The notes beneath the pieces were generated by a model. It saw only the letters and a program-made list of their open reading frames with translations, did no database searches and had not been told where the DNA came from. The translations under genes and the position numbers were made by a program. A stretch of 64,000 nucleotides of DNA from an uncultured Armatimonadetes bacterium (lineage in GTDB: Bacteria; Armatimonadota; Hebobacteria; Hebobacterales; Hebobacteraceae), in assembly GCA_963716175.1 (NCBI GenBank), contig OY970296.1:3936001-4000000 (forward strand), read 5' to 3'. This document shows, piece by piece, positions 47,352 to 56,646 of this stretch (within the stretch, counting starts at the first letter, position 1; the number at the start of each line of letters is the position of its first letter).

Positions 47352-47873
47352 ATGGAGCGAAAGGTTGACTCTCTCACCATCCGCCTGGTGTCGGGAGACA
47401 TCTGCGAGCGCGACGTGGACGCCATCGTCAACGCCGCCAACAACCGGCTCTGGATGGGAGGGGGTGTGGCCGGCGCCATCAAGCGGCGCGGGGGCCGCGA
47501 AATCGAGGCCGAGGCCACGGCGCAGGGGCCGATCCCGATTGGAGAGTCGGTGGTCACAGGCGCGGGGAAGCTGAAGGCGCGGCATGTGATTCACGCCGCG
47601 GTGATGGGGGCCGACCTCGCTACCAACGCCGACTACATCCGCAGGGCCACGCTCAGCGCGCTCGCTCGCGCCAGGGACCTGGGTCTGCGGAGCATCGCTC
47701 TCCCGGCCCTCGGCACCGGTGTGGGCGCCTTCCCTCTCACCGAGTGCGCTCGCATCATGCATGAGGCTGTACTCGCACATGCCAAAGGCGGGACGACCCT
47801 GGAGGCAGTCGAGTTTGTGCTCTTCGGCCGCGAGGCCTACCAGGCCTTTGCGGCAGTGTTGGGCCTGGAGTGA
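47352..47873 (+). CDS. Macro domain ADP-ribose hydrolase
   Basis: GDI..DVDAIVNAAN, GGGVAGAI, VIHAA, PALGTGVG. Confidence 0.93.
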   Translation: MERKVDSLTIRLVSGDICERDVDAIVNAANNRLWMGGGVAGAIKRRGGREIEAEATAQGPIPIGESVVTGAGKLKARHVIHAAVMGADLATNADYIRRATLSALARARDLGLRSIALPALGTGVGAFPLTECARIMHEAVLAHAKGGTTLEAVEFVLFGREAYQAFAAVLGLE

Positions 47874-47881
47874 GGTGGAGC

Positions 47882-49489
47882 ATGGCGACCTCAGGCGGAG
47901 ACCAGCGAACGCCGGAACCTAGGCCTCGGCCCAGACCTGGCCGGGGTCTTGCCAGGAGCTACCTGGTCGCCGCCGCCGTGCTGATCGCGATCCTTGCCAT
48001 CTCGCTCCCGCTGGACTCCTGGCTGCGAGCGCGGGCGAGGCGGGCGCCGCTCGACTTCCTCCCAGCCTCCACCCGCCTGGCACTCGCGGTTGACCTGCGG
48101 CCTGACAGCGCGGCGATGCGCAGCATGCGGATGGTTTGGTCCGCCTCGGATGTCCAGCACCTCGCCGGCCGCGCCACGGAGCTGAGCCAGAAACTGGTGG
48201 ACTGGACCGGGCTCAAGCTCGACCTCCGGAGAGACGCCTCCTCGTGGTTTGGGGGAGAGGTGGTGGCCGGGGCCGTGGGCGGCGAGACCGGCACGCCTCT
48301 TGGCCCTCAGTCCACGGCGGCGGGCAACCGACGCCCACCTTCACTGGTGTTGATCGCACGCATTACCAGCGCGCGCCGGGCGCGCGCCAACCTGGATCGC
48401 GCGGTGGCGCCGATGGCGCGCGATCTGGACTGGCGGAAGTCCATCCTGAGGCACACCGGGGCCAGGATCACCGTCTGGCGCGGGGCCTCGGGCCAGGAGC
48501 AGATCGCCTACGCGACGCAGCACGGATGCCTCGTGGTGGGAATGACCTCGGCCCCGGTGGCGGAATGCCTGCTCGCCGCGCGTCAGCCCGACCGCCGCCT
48601 GGCAGCGGTGGACGGGTTCCGCAGGGCGACGGGCCGGCTGCCGCCGGACTCAGCCATCTGGTGCTACCTGGATCTGGCCTCCGCCTCGCAGATGACGCGT
48701 TACCTGCTGCCCGCCCTGCGCCACGGATGGCTGGGTCTGGTGGGCGCGTATCTGGAGGGAGAGATCGGCTTCGGCAGCCAGGAGGCCGCGCCGGAGACCG
48801 CCGGCGCGCTGGCGGTGGCGCTGGTCCCGGAGAGAGACGGGCTCCGCCTGAAAGGAGTGTACGCGTCAGCGAAGCCAGGTGAGGCGGACGCTTCTCCTCA
48901 TCTGGTGAAGCTGGCGACACTGCTGCCGAGGGACACGATCGCCTATCTCGCCGCTCACCGGCCAATCGCTCTCCTCCCCCTGGTAGGTCGCCCCCCTCCG
49001 CGGCTGCTCACCCCACCGCCACGAAACCCGATGAAGAGCTGGCGGCCGTTTCCGCCGCTGGGACCCTGGCTCGGGCCCAACGCGCTCCCCAAGGACATCC
49101 TGATCGCGCTTCTGCCGCGCCCGGGCGAGCGCCGGCTGGCGATGGTGATCGCGGCGCCCTCAGGCCAGATGACCGGCGCCAGGGGCTGGCTGGCGGCGGC
49201 GATGATGCGGGGCGACGCGCCTCGCACCACCATCGGCGATTATTCGGTCATCGGCAGCGACGAAGAAGCCATACGCCAGTGCCAGCTCGCGGCGAAGGAC
49301 AGCAGTCAGCGCCTCTCGCCACCTCGCGGTCGGGATTGCCAGTTCGAGGCGTGGGTGAGGCCGGGACGCTTGTCCCACGCGCTGGCACGGTTCGAGGAGG
49401 TGCAGATCAGGGGATGGGAGGCGGCCGGCGGGGGAGAGGGAGAGCTGTCTCTCAAGGCAGAGCCGCGGAGGCTGCTCGGCGGGCAATGA
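47882..49489 (+). CDS. DUF3352-like membrane-anchored protein
   Basis: N-terminal TM, FLPAST, DASSWFGGEV, IWCYLDL. Confidence 0.6.
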   Translation: MATSGGDQRTPEPRPRPRPGRGLARSYLVAAAVLIAILAISLPLDSWLRARARRAPLDFLPASTRLALAVDLRPDSAAMRSMRMVWSASDVQHLAGRATELSQKLVDWTGLKLDLRRDASSWFGGEVVAGAVGGETGTPLGPQSTAAGNRRPPSLVLIARITSARRARANLDRAVAPMARDLDWRKSILRHTGARITVWRGASGQEQIAYATQHGCLVVGMTSAPVAECLLAARQPDRRLAAVDGFRRATGRLPPDSAIWCYLDLASASQMTRYLLPALRHGWLGLVGAYLEGEIGFGSQEAAPETAGALAVALVPERDGLRLKGVYASAKPGEADASPHLVKLATLLPRDTIAYLAAHRPIALLPLVGRPPPRLLTPPPRNPMKSWRPFPPLGPWLGPNALPKDILIALLPRPGERRLAMVIAAPSGQMTGARGWLAAAMMRGDAPRTTIGDYSVIGSDEEAIRQCQLAAKDSSQRLSPPRGRDCQFEAWVRPGRLSHALARFEEVQIRGWEAAGGGEGELSLKAEPRRLLGGQ

Positions 49490-49493
49490 CACC

Positions 49494-49591
49494 GGCGGGC
49501 ATGGGTCCCTAGGCCTGAAGGCCGGGATGGCGGCCGGCTCTGCCGGCCTAGCCAGCGGTCGCCACAGGGGCGACCTAGCCACATGCCCGCC
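49494..49591. repeat. Inverted repeat element between convergent genes
   Basis: GGCGGGCATG ... CATGCCCGCC; 3' end resembles 38586-38604 inside mtaB. Confidence 0.45.
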
Positions 49592-49600
49592 CCGCAAGGG

Positions 49601-50683
49601 CTAATGCTCGAAGACTCGCCCCCGAATGCTTCCCACCAGCCAGCCGCAGAGAACACCGAGGAAGACGAAGTTGCCACCGACCAGATAGACCGCCAACCTG
49701 CCCTCCTGCGGCGAGAGTAGACCCAGGGTGGCTGTAATCAGGCCGGAGACGAAGAACGCAACCAGGATCGAGAGCGAGAAGTTCTCATCCAGAAGAGCGA
49801 CGATGAGATAGAAGACCGGCGCCGCCCAGAAGAACACCAGACCGGGCAAGGCGACGAAGACGCCGACGGGCGTGGTTTCCGGCCCCACCCCGGCCACCTG
49901 ATACCAGAGCAGCTCATCGTCGAAGGGGCCGATGATGGCAGTTGCGGCCAGCACCAGCCCCATCAAGAAGCCGTCCCCGAGAGCAGCATAGATCAGGTTC
50001 ATGGGTAGGTTGAAGAAGGCCGGCTGCCCCCAGCGGCTCTGCAGATGGATGAGGCTCAGCACCACGAAGACCAGGGCAAGTGCCACCCCCACCCAGGCCG
50101 AAGGGGGACGGTTGAAGGGGCTGGGGCGTTCTCGGCTATATCGGCGGGAGACGGCCCTGCCCTCTCGCAGCGCGGTGACCTCTTCCAGCAACTGCCAGTA
50201 GCGCCGGCTGTTCGGGTCGAACTGGATGGCGTAGTTGTACATCGTGAGGGCCTTCTGATGCTGGCCCTGGTCGCGCAGGATGTCGCCCAGCAGAGCATAG
50301 CCCTCGGCGTTCCTGTTGTCCTGCTTCAGCGCCTCCCGCGCCAGCTCCGCGGCCTCGTTCAGCCGGCGCCGGACAAAGGCGGCCTCGGCCTCGACTAGCA
50401 TCAGACGGGCCCGCGGCAACTGGCCCAGCAGATCGGGAGGCGGCTCCTGCCCCCGGCTCTGGCGCAGCCGGCGATCGTACTCTTTGCGCTCAGGGCCCGT
50501 GAGAAAGAGGTAGGAGTTGGTCCACTGGCGGAACCGTTCATCCGGCAGCAACTGGTCGGTCCCCAGATCTTTGTGGTATTGGCGGACCAACTGCCGGTAC
50601 CGGGCGCGGATCTGGACCGGCGGTGCGCTCCAAGGAAGGCCCAACAGATCGTAGGCGTTGCGCGGCTGTCTAATCTTGAGCAT
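49601..50683 (-). CDS. J-domain-like plus TPR membrane protein
   Basis: NAYDLLGL..IRARYRQLVRQYHKD..RKEYD; TPRs; about 5 C-terminal TMs. Confidence 0.82.
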   Translation of the reverse strand: MLKIRQPRNAYDLLGLPWSAPPVQIRARYRQLVRQYHKDLGTDQLLPDERFRQWTNSYLFLTGPERKEYDRRLRQSRGQEPPPDLLGQLPRARLMLVEAEAAFVRRRLNEAAELAREALKQDNRNAEGYALLGDILRDQGQHQKALTMYNYAIQFDPNSRRYWQLLEEVTALREGRAVSRRYSRERPSPFNRPPSAWVGVALALVFVVLSLIHLQSRWGQPAFFNLPMNLIYAALGDGFLMGLVLAATAIIGPFDDELLWYQVAGVGPETTPVGVFVALPGLVFFWAAPVFYLIVALLDENFSLSILVAFFVSGLITATLGLLSPQEGRLAVYLVGGNFVFLGVLCGWLVGSIRGRVFEH

Positions 50684-50696
50684 GGCGGTGTCTGCT

Positions 50697-50726
50697 AGTA
50701 TAGTGAGTCAACTCTACCAGCGTCAA
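50697..50726 (-). promoter_or_regulatory. Sigma70-type promoter
   Basis: Minus strand TTGACG-18 bp-TATACT, 13 bp before ATG 50683. Confidence 0.55.
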
Positions 50727-50737
50727 GGCGGAGGCGA

Positions 50738-51523
50738 ATGAACCGGATCATCTTCCTGGGCACAGGCGGCGCGCGGGTGCTGGTGTTCAAGCAGCTTCTC
50801 GCCTCGGGCGGCCTCTGGATCGAGATGGCCGACACCTGCATTCACCTGGACCCAGGACCGGGGGCGCTGGTGCAGGCCACCAAGCGCAAGCTCGATCCGA
50901 CCAAGCTCGATGCGGTGATACTCTCTCATCGCCACCTCGATCACTCCGCCGACATCAACGTGATGATCGAGGCCATGACCACCGGCGGCTTCAACCGGCG
51001 GGGCCTGGTGTTCGCTCCCAGGGATGCTTACGACGACGACCCCGTGATCCTGCGCTACCTGCGAGGCTATCCGAGGCAGATGCACGTGATCGAGGAAGGC
51101 GGGGAGTACGAGGTCGGCAACGTGCGCTTCCGGGCCCCGGTGAGGCACGATCACCCGGGCGAGACCTATGGGCTAGTGTTCGAGTCCGGCGGCTGCCGCT
51201 GGTCGTACATCGCCGATACCCGCTATTTCCCTGAGCTGGCCGACCACTACCGCGCCGATGTTCTCATCATGCACACGGTGCGCCTGGAGGAGAGCAACAT
51301 CTACCACCTCTCCATCCCGGATGCCAAGCGCCTGATCGAGGCGATCCGGCCCCAGACCGCAATCATCACTCACTTCGGCATGACGGTGTGGCGGGCGAAG
51401 CCCTGGCTGGTGGCGGAGAAACTGAGCCAGGAGACCGGGGTGGAGGTGAAAGCCGCGCGGGACGGGATGAAGTTCGAGCTGCCGGGAGGAGACGAATCGC
51501 AGGAGGAGCCAAGCCATGTCTGA
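50738..51523 (+). CDS. MBL-fold metallo-hydrolase
   Basis: FLGTGG, DPGPG, SHRHLDHSAD, ADT, THFG. Confidence 0.92.
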   Translation: MNRIIFLGTGGARVLVFKQLLASGGLWIEMADTCIHLDPGPGALVQATKRKLDPTKLDAVILSHRHLDHSADINVMIEAMTTGGFNRRGLVFAPRDAYDDDPVILRYLRGYPRQMHVIEEGGEYEVGNVRFRAPVRHDHPGETYGLVFESGGCRWSYIADTRYFPELADHYRADVLIMHTVRLEESNIYHLSIPDAKRLIEAIRPQTAIITHFGMTVWRAKPWLVAEKLSQETGVEVKAARDGMKFELPGGDESQEEPSHV

Positions 51524-52544
51524 TCTGTTCGTCAGGCTGATGAGAGTCGCTGATGCCAAGGAGAACTTCTTCACGGAATGCCTCGCCGCAACGCTTGAGG
51601 AAGACACATGTCTGGCCAGGTGTCTGCTCACCTTTCTGTGCGGCGAGGAGGTGGACGGCGTTGCCGTGGCAGGTTCCGCGCTCGATATTGACACCCAAGT
51701 GTCCTACCCAGGCACTGGGTCGTGCGTGGACATGGTGTTCCGACTCGGCGGCCAGAAGTCCGTAGGTATTGAGCACAAGCTTTTCTCGCCTGAAGGGCGA
51801 GACAGCAGCGGGGAGAAGGCGCAACTAGAGAAGTACCTTAACCTACCCATCCTCGATCGTCTCGCATTCATCACTGCCTATGACACCTCCGTGAAGGCTA
51901 CGGTCTTGGCAAGCCCTCGCTATCTCAGGCCCCAGAGTCGTCAGCACTTCATGTGGTCCGACCTCTACGAGACCGTCGAGGCGAGCACAAGGCGGCCCTC
52001 AGCAAGGGTACTCAACCGGGCTCTCCTCGGGCTCTTCTCCCACCTGGGCTTCGAGCCCCCGCCGGCAGACATCGGGGACCTCAGCGATCCAGACCTCGCC
52101 GTTGGTCGCAGCAATCGGCGGAATTTCGCGAAGCTCTGGGGACCAACTCGTCAAATGCTGGATGCGCGGGGGTACCAGGTCCTGCAACCGACTAGGCAGG
52201 CAGGTCTTGATGTAGGACCAAAGCCGGAGGCTTCTACTCCTATCGAGTCGCTATGGCTGGACCCCGAACACCAGAGAGGATCGCTGCGGGTTCGCCTGAC
52301 CGCACCTGCGGCTCATCTGTCGGCCATTGAGCAGAGACTCAGGTCTCCTGGTTTCCTCCATTATGAAGACGTCTCTACGCGCATGGCAAACGCAGCCCGG
52401 AGGAAATCCGGCCGAGATGTCAAGATCCGCGTGCTCGACGTTATGATCTCGATGAGAAAGCTCTTTGGGGGAGCCGACAGCGCGGAGGCGAAGTCACAGC
52501 GCCTGGCCGATTTCACCTCGGCTGTTCTCGACGCGCTTGGTTGA
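51516..52544 (+). CDS. PD-(D/E)XK nuclease-like hypothetical protein
   Basis: ENFFTE, VDMV..GIEHK, QLEKY; visibly more A/T-ending codons than neighbours. Confidence 0.65.
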   Translation: MSDLFVRLMRVADAKENFFTECLAATLEEDTCLARCLLTFLCGEEVDGVAVAGSALDIDTQVSYPGTGSCVDMVFRLGGQKSVGIEHKLFSPEGRDSSGEKAQLEKYLNLPILDRLAFITAYDTSVKATVLASPRYLRPQSRQHFMWSDLYETVEASTRRPSARVLNRALLGLFSHLGFEPPPADIGDLSDPDLAVGRSNRRNFAKLWGPTRQMLDARGYQVLQPTRQAGLDVGPKPEASTPIESLWLDPEHQRGSLRVRLTAPAAHLSAIEQRLRSPGFLHYEDVSTRMANAARRKSGRDVKIRVLDVMISMRKLFGGADSAEAKSQRLADFTSAVLDALG

Positions 52545-52657
52545 CCGCTGCATGGATGATGCGGCAGCGCCTGTCCGCCCACAGTTCGGAGATGAACCAC
52601 ATCCCGCGACGCAGGACCACGACCTCCGCGCGTTGAACTTGCGCTGAGGGCTATCAA

Positions 52658-54112
52658 GTGCCTACGTTCACACCAGTCATCCGCGAAATCCCCTGTCCCT
52701 TGTCCGCAGTCGGTGCCTTCTCCGCCATCGCCGACCGACCTGGCAGTATCTTGCTCGAAGGCAGCACCAGGGAGCCCCGGCTTGGTCGTTACTCCTTCCT
52801 CGCCTGCGACCCGTTCCTGACTTTCCGCAGCAAAGGGCCGCGAGTAGAGATCGCGTCGGCCCAGGGCAGAGAGGACCGCGAAGGCAATCCCTTCGCGGTC
52901 CTAGGCGAGCTGCTCGCCGACTGTCGCGTGGCGCGCCCGGCGGGGGCGCCTTCTCTCATCGCCGGCGCCATCGGCTATCTCGCCTATGACCTGGGGCGGT
53001 TCGTGGAGCGCATCCCGGAGACCAGCCGGGACGATGTGCCGGTGGCCGACTGCCACCTCGGGTTCTACGGTGTGGTGGTGACGATAGATCATGTGGCCGA
53101 GCGCGCCTGGATCAGCGGCATCGGGGCGCCGGAAGTAGACCCGCGGGCGGCCCAGCGGTTGGCGGAGGCGCGGGTGGAGGGGATGAGCCAGATGATGGCA
53201 GGGGCAAGCCCCTGCCCAACAAGGAAGCCGTCCCAGCGGCCAGCGGGCAGCGGGCATGCCCTTCAGATGACCTCCAACTTCAGCCGGGAGGATTACCTGC
53301 GGGCGATTGGGCGGGCGAAAGAGTACATTGCGGCCGGCGACATCTACCAGGTGAACCTCTCGCAGCGCCTCTCTGCTCCCCTGGCCACCACTCCGTTTGA
53401 TCTCTACTGTCGCCTGAGCAGAGATAATCCCGCCCCCTTCTCGGCCTACTTCGAGACTCCGGAGGCAGCGATCGTGAGCTGCTCGCCGGAGCGATTCCTG
53501 CAGGTTCGCGGGCGGGAGGTCGAGACTCGCCCCATCAAGGGCACTCGCCCGCGCGGGCAAACGCCGGAGCAAGATGCCGCCCTCGCCGCCGAGCTGGTGG
53601 CGAGCGAGAAGGATCGCGCCGAGAACGTGATGATCGTGGACCTGGAGCGCAATGACATCGGTCGCACCTGCGAGTTTGGCTCCGTTCACGTGCCGGAGCT
53701 GTTTGCGCTGGAGAGCTACGCCACGGTGCACCACCTGGTCTCCACGGTGCGAGGCCGGCTCCGCCCCGGGAACACCGCGCTCGACTGCCTGCGCAACTGC
53801 TTCCCCGGAGGCTCCATCACGGGCGCGCCGAAAGTGCGCGCCATGGAGATCATCGAGGAGATGGAGCCGACCCGGCGCGGAGTCTACACCGGGGCCATCG
53901 GCTATCTCTGCTTCTCCGGCGATATGGATGTGAACATCGTCATCCGCACCCTGGTGGTGAAGGACGGCACCGCCTACTTCCAGGTCGGGGGGGCGATAGT
54001 GGCCGACTCTGACCCGGAGGGGGAGTACCAGGAGACGGTGGACAAAGCGCGGGCGCTGGCCGGCGGGCTGGCCGCGGAGGCCGGCGCGGAGACGATCCAG
54101 TGGCCGGGATAG
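52658..54112 (+). CDS. pabB: Aminodeoxychorismate synthase component I
   Basis: GRYSF, GDIYQVNLSQR, SPERFL, TRPIKGT, AENVMIVDLERND, FPGGSITGAPK. Confidence 0.9.
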   Translation: MPTFTPVIREIPCPLSAVGAFSAIADRPGSILLEGSTREPRLGRYSFLACDPFLTFRSKGPRVEIASAQGREDREGNPFAVLGELLADCRVARPAGAPSLIAGAIGYLAYDLGRFVERIPETSRDDVPVADCHLGFYGVVVTIDHVAERAWISGIGAPEVDPRAAQRLAEARVEGMSQMMAGASPCPTRKPSQRPAGSGHALQMTSNFSREDYLRAIGRAKEYIAAGDIYQVNLSQRLSAPLATTPFDLYCRLSRDNPAPFSAYFETPEAAIVSCSPERFLQVRGREVETRPIKGTRPRGQTPEQDAALAAELVASEKDRAENVMIVDLERNDIGRTCEFGSVHVPELFALESYATVHHLVSTVRGRLRPGNTALDCLRNCFPGGSITGAPKVRAMEIIEEMEPTRRGVYTGAIGYLCFSGDMDVNIVIRTLVVKDGTAYFQVGGAIVADSDPEGEYQETVDKARALAGGLAAEAGAETIQWPG

Positions 54113-54967
54113 CCTGGGTTAACGGGAAGCTGCTGGCCCCCGAGGAACCCGCGATCGCTGCGGCCGATCGCGGCTTCCTCTACGGAGAGGGCCTGTTCGA
54201 GACCATGCGCGCCTATCGGGGCCGGATCTTCCGCCTGGGACGCCACCTCGACCGCCTGATCGCCGCCGCGCCGGAGCTGGGCTTCGTTCCTCCCCGCCGG
54301 GAACTGCTGGAGCGAGCGACCGCGGAGGCACTCGCGGCCTCGGGTATGAGCGAGGCGGCGGTACGGTTGACGGTGACACCGGGCCCGGTGCAGGCCGCTT
54401 CCCCCACCATAGTGGTCCTCGTCCGCGACCTCGCGCTGCCGCCGGCGGAGTGCTACCAGACGGGCTGCCGCGCGGTCACGGTCCCTGCGGCCCAGGCGGC
54501 AGGAACCCCACTGAGGAGGACCAAGTCGCTCAACTACCTGGACAAGCTGCTGGCGCAGCGCGGGGCCGCGCAGAGCCGGCGCGCACGAGGCCATCATCAT
54601 TGATCCTGACGGCGGCGCGGTTGAGGGCGGAATGCGCAACGTGTTCGCGGTGATCGCGGGCGGCCTGGTGACCCCTCCTCTCTCCCGCGGCCTCCTGCCC
54701 GGAGTGACACGCGAGGCCATCCTCGAGATCGCAGAGGGGATGGGCCTCCGGAGCCAGCAGCGGGAGCTCCCGGTGAGCGAACTCCGTGGTGCAGACGAGT
54801 GTTTCCTCACCAGCTCCGTGGCCGAGATCCTGCCGGTGGCGGAGATTGATGGGCAGCGGCTGGGAGGAGCGGCCCCCGGGCCGTTGACGAGGAAGCTGAC
54901 CGCAGGCTATCGGGCGCTGGTGGCGGAGGAATCGGGCTTCGGGGCGGAAGGGGACCGGTCCGGGTAG
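54100..54967 (+). CDS. Class IV aminotransferase / aminodeoxychorismate lyase (frameshift near 54570)
   Basis: DRGFLYGEGLFETMR and KSLNY in one frame; HEAIII..EG..RNVF, LLPGVTR, ECFLTSS in the next. Confidence 0.85.
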
Positions 54968-55905
54968 AAGGCCCGCGCCATGGCCTCGATCGCGTCAACG
55001 ATGCGCGGCCCGGGCCGCATGATGTGATTAGCCTCCAGCACCACCAGGTGGTTCCGGCGGACAGCGGAGAGCCGCTTCAGCACGGGATCGGATAGCACGT
55101 CTCGCCTCATCCGCTCCGGATCACCTTCCATGGTGGAGAGTAGCAGGAAGTCGGGGTCTGCGGCCAAGAGAGACTCGGTGCTGAATGGCCGAAACCCTTT
55201 GAGGCGGGCGGCGATGTTGCGAGCGCCGGCGGCGCGAATGGCGTCGTCCTGAAAGGTCTCCGCGCCGGCCGTCCAGACCGGGTTGACGCTGATGAGTATG
55301 AACGCGGTGGGCCGTTTCGCCTCCGCTACCTCCCCTACCCTGGCTGCCACCGCGGCGAGCCGTGCCTCCAGGCGAGCGCTTGCCTGGGAGGCGCCCTGGC
55401 TGGCTCCGGTGATCTCGCCGATCTGTTCGATGGCCGTGAGAATATCGCGCAGAGTGGCGGGGTCAATCGTGAACACCTGGCAGCCCGACTTGCGCAGCGT
55501 GGCCACCAAGTCCGGCGGGTTGCCGCGCGATCCGATCACCAGGTCCGGCTCGGCCCCCAGCGTCTTCTCGGCGCTGGGCGTGAACCATCCGCCCACGCGT
55601 GGGAGCTTGGCCGCGGCCGGCGGATAGTCGGCCGGATCGGCGGCCGCCACCACCCGATCGCCGGCCCCGATGGCGTAGAGGATCTCGGTGACGGTGGGCG
55701 CGAGGGAGACGATGCGCCGGGGCGGCCGTTCGACTCGAACCTCCACGCCCTGCGCGTCCTTCAGGGTGACGGGAAAGCCAGCACTGCTCGGCGGAGCCGA
55801 GGAAGTCGGCCTCTGTCGCGTCCCAGCACAGCCGGCCACCAGCACGATGATGGTCAGGGCGAGGATTACACGATAGCGAGTGGGGCCGCCGTACCGGATG
55901 CTCAT
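54907..55905 (-). CDS. btuF: Cobalamin ABC transporter substrate-binding lipoprotein
   Basis: LVAGC lipobox, RIVSLAPTVTEILYAIGAG, RPGPRIVDA; in the cob operon. Confidence 0.85.
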   Translation of the reverse strand: MSIRYGGPTRYRVILALTIIVLVAGCAGTRQRPTSSAPPSSAGFPVTLKDAQGVEVRVERPPRRIVSLAPTVTEILYAIGAGDRVVAAADPADYPPAAAKLPRVGGWFTPSAEKTLGAEPDLVIGSRGNPPDLVATLRKSGCQVFTIDPATLRDILTAIEQIGEITGASQGASQASARLEARLAAVAARVGEVAEAKRPTAFILISVNPVWTAGAETFQDDAIRAAGARNIAARLKGFRPFSTESLLAADPDFLLLSTMEGDPERMRRDVLSDPVLKRLSAVRRNHLVVLEANHIMRPGPRIVDAIEAMARAFYPDRSPSAPKPDSSATSAR

Positions 55906-55908
55906 GCT

Positions 55909-56646
55909 CTAGCCTACCGCGGTTGCTCCGCCTAGCAGTACAGCCACCTCCACCAGCTCATTGATGGAGCCGTAGATGTCCCCGGTCAACCCACCTAGTC
56001 GCCGCAGCCAGTAGAGAGAGCAGAGCAGGGCCGCGATCACGGCCCCTCCGGCGAGAATCAGCCCGCGCTCCCTCAGCAGAGCAAAGGAGATGATGCCAGC
56101 GATGACGGCAGCGCCGATGGCGTGGCGCAGGCGGGTCTGGGCCGCGAAGCCAGCGCCAGTGCCGGCCGCTCGCGCATAGGGGAAGAAAGCGACGGCGACA
56201 ACCATGCTCAAGCGCCCCAGCACAGGCGGAAGCGCGATCAGGCGCCAATGCTCAAGTCCCGCCAGGCGGCCGTAGGCAGCGAACTTCACCAGGAGCAGAC
56301 AGATCGCCGCGGCCACCCCCAGCGCGCCCGCGCGGCTGTCCTTCATGACCGCCAGCAGGCCCGGGCGGTCGCGATGGCTGAAGAACGCGTCGGCGGAATC
56401 CATGAACCCGTCAACGTGCAATCCGCCAGTGAGCAGGAGGGCGGCCGCGATGATCAGGCCCGAGGCAACGTAGGGATCCCAGAGTGCGCGGCCGCACCAG
56501 TCCAGGCCCGCCAGGATCAGGCCGATCACGAGACCGACCAAGGGGAACCAGACGCAGGAGCGGCCCAGCTCCCCCGGCGGCAGCTCGGGCCGAGAGGGCA
56601 CTGGCAAAACCGTGAGGAATCCCAGCGCAGTCAGCAGGGCGCGCAC
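55909..56646 (-). CDS. cobS: Adenosylcobinamide-GDP ribazoletransferase
   Basis: FLTVLP, FPLVG, TGGLHVDGFMDSAD, MKDSRAG, GGLTGDIYG. Confidence 0.95.
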   Translation of the reverse strand: MRALLTALGFLTVLPVPSRPELPPGELGRSCVWFPLVGLVIGLILAGLDWCGRALWDPYVASGLIIAAALLLTGGLHVDGFMDSADAFFSHRDRPGLLAVMKDSRAGALGVAAAICLLLVKFAAYGRLAGLEHWRLIALPPVLGRLSMVVAVAFFPYARAAGTGAGFAAQTRLRHAIGAAVIAGIISFALLRERGLILAGGAVIAALLCSLYWLRRLGGLTGDIYGSINELVEVAVLLGGATAVG

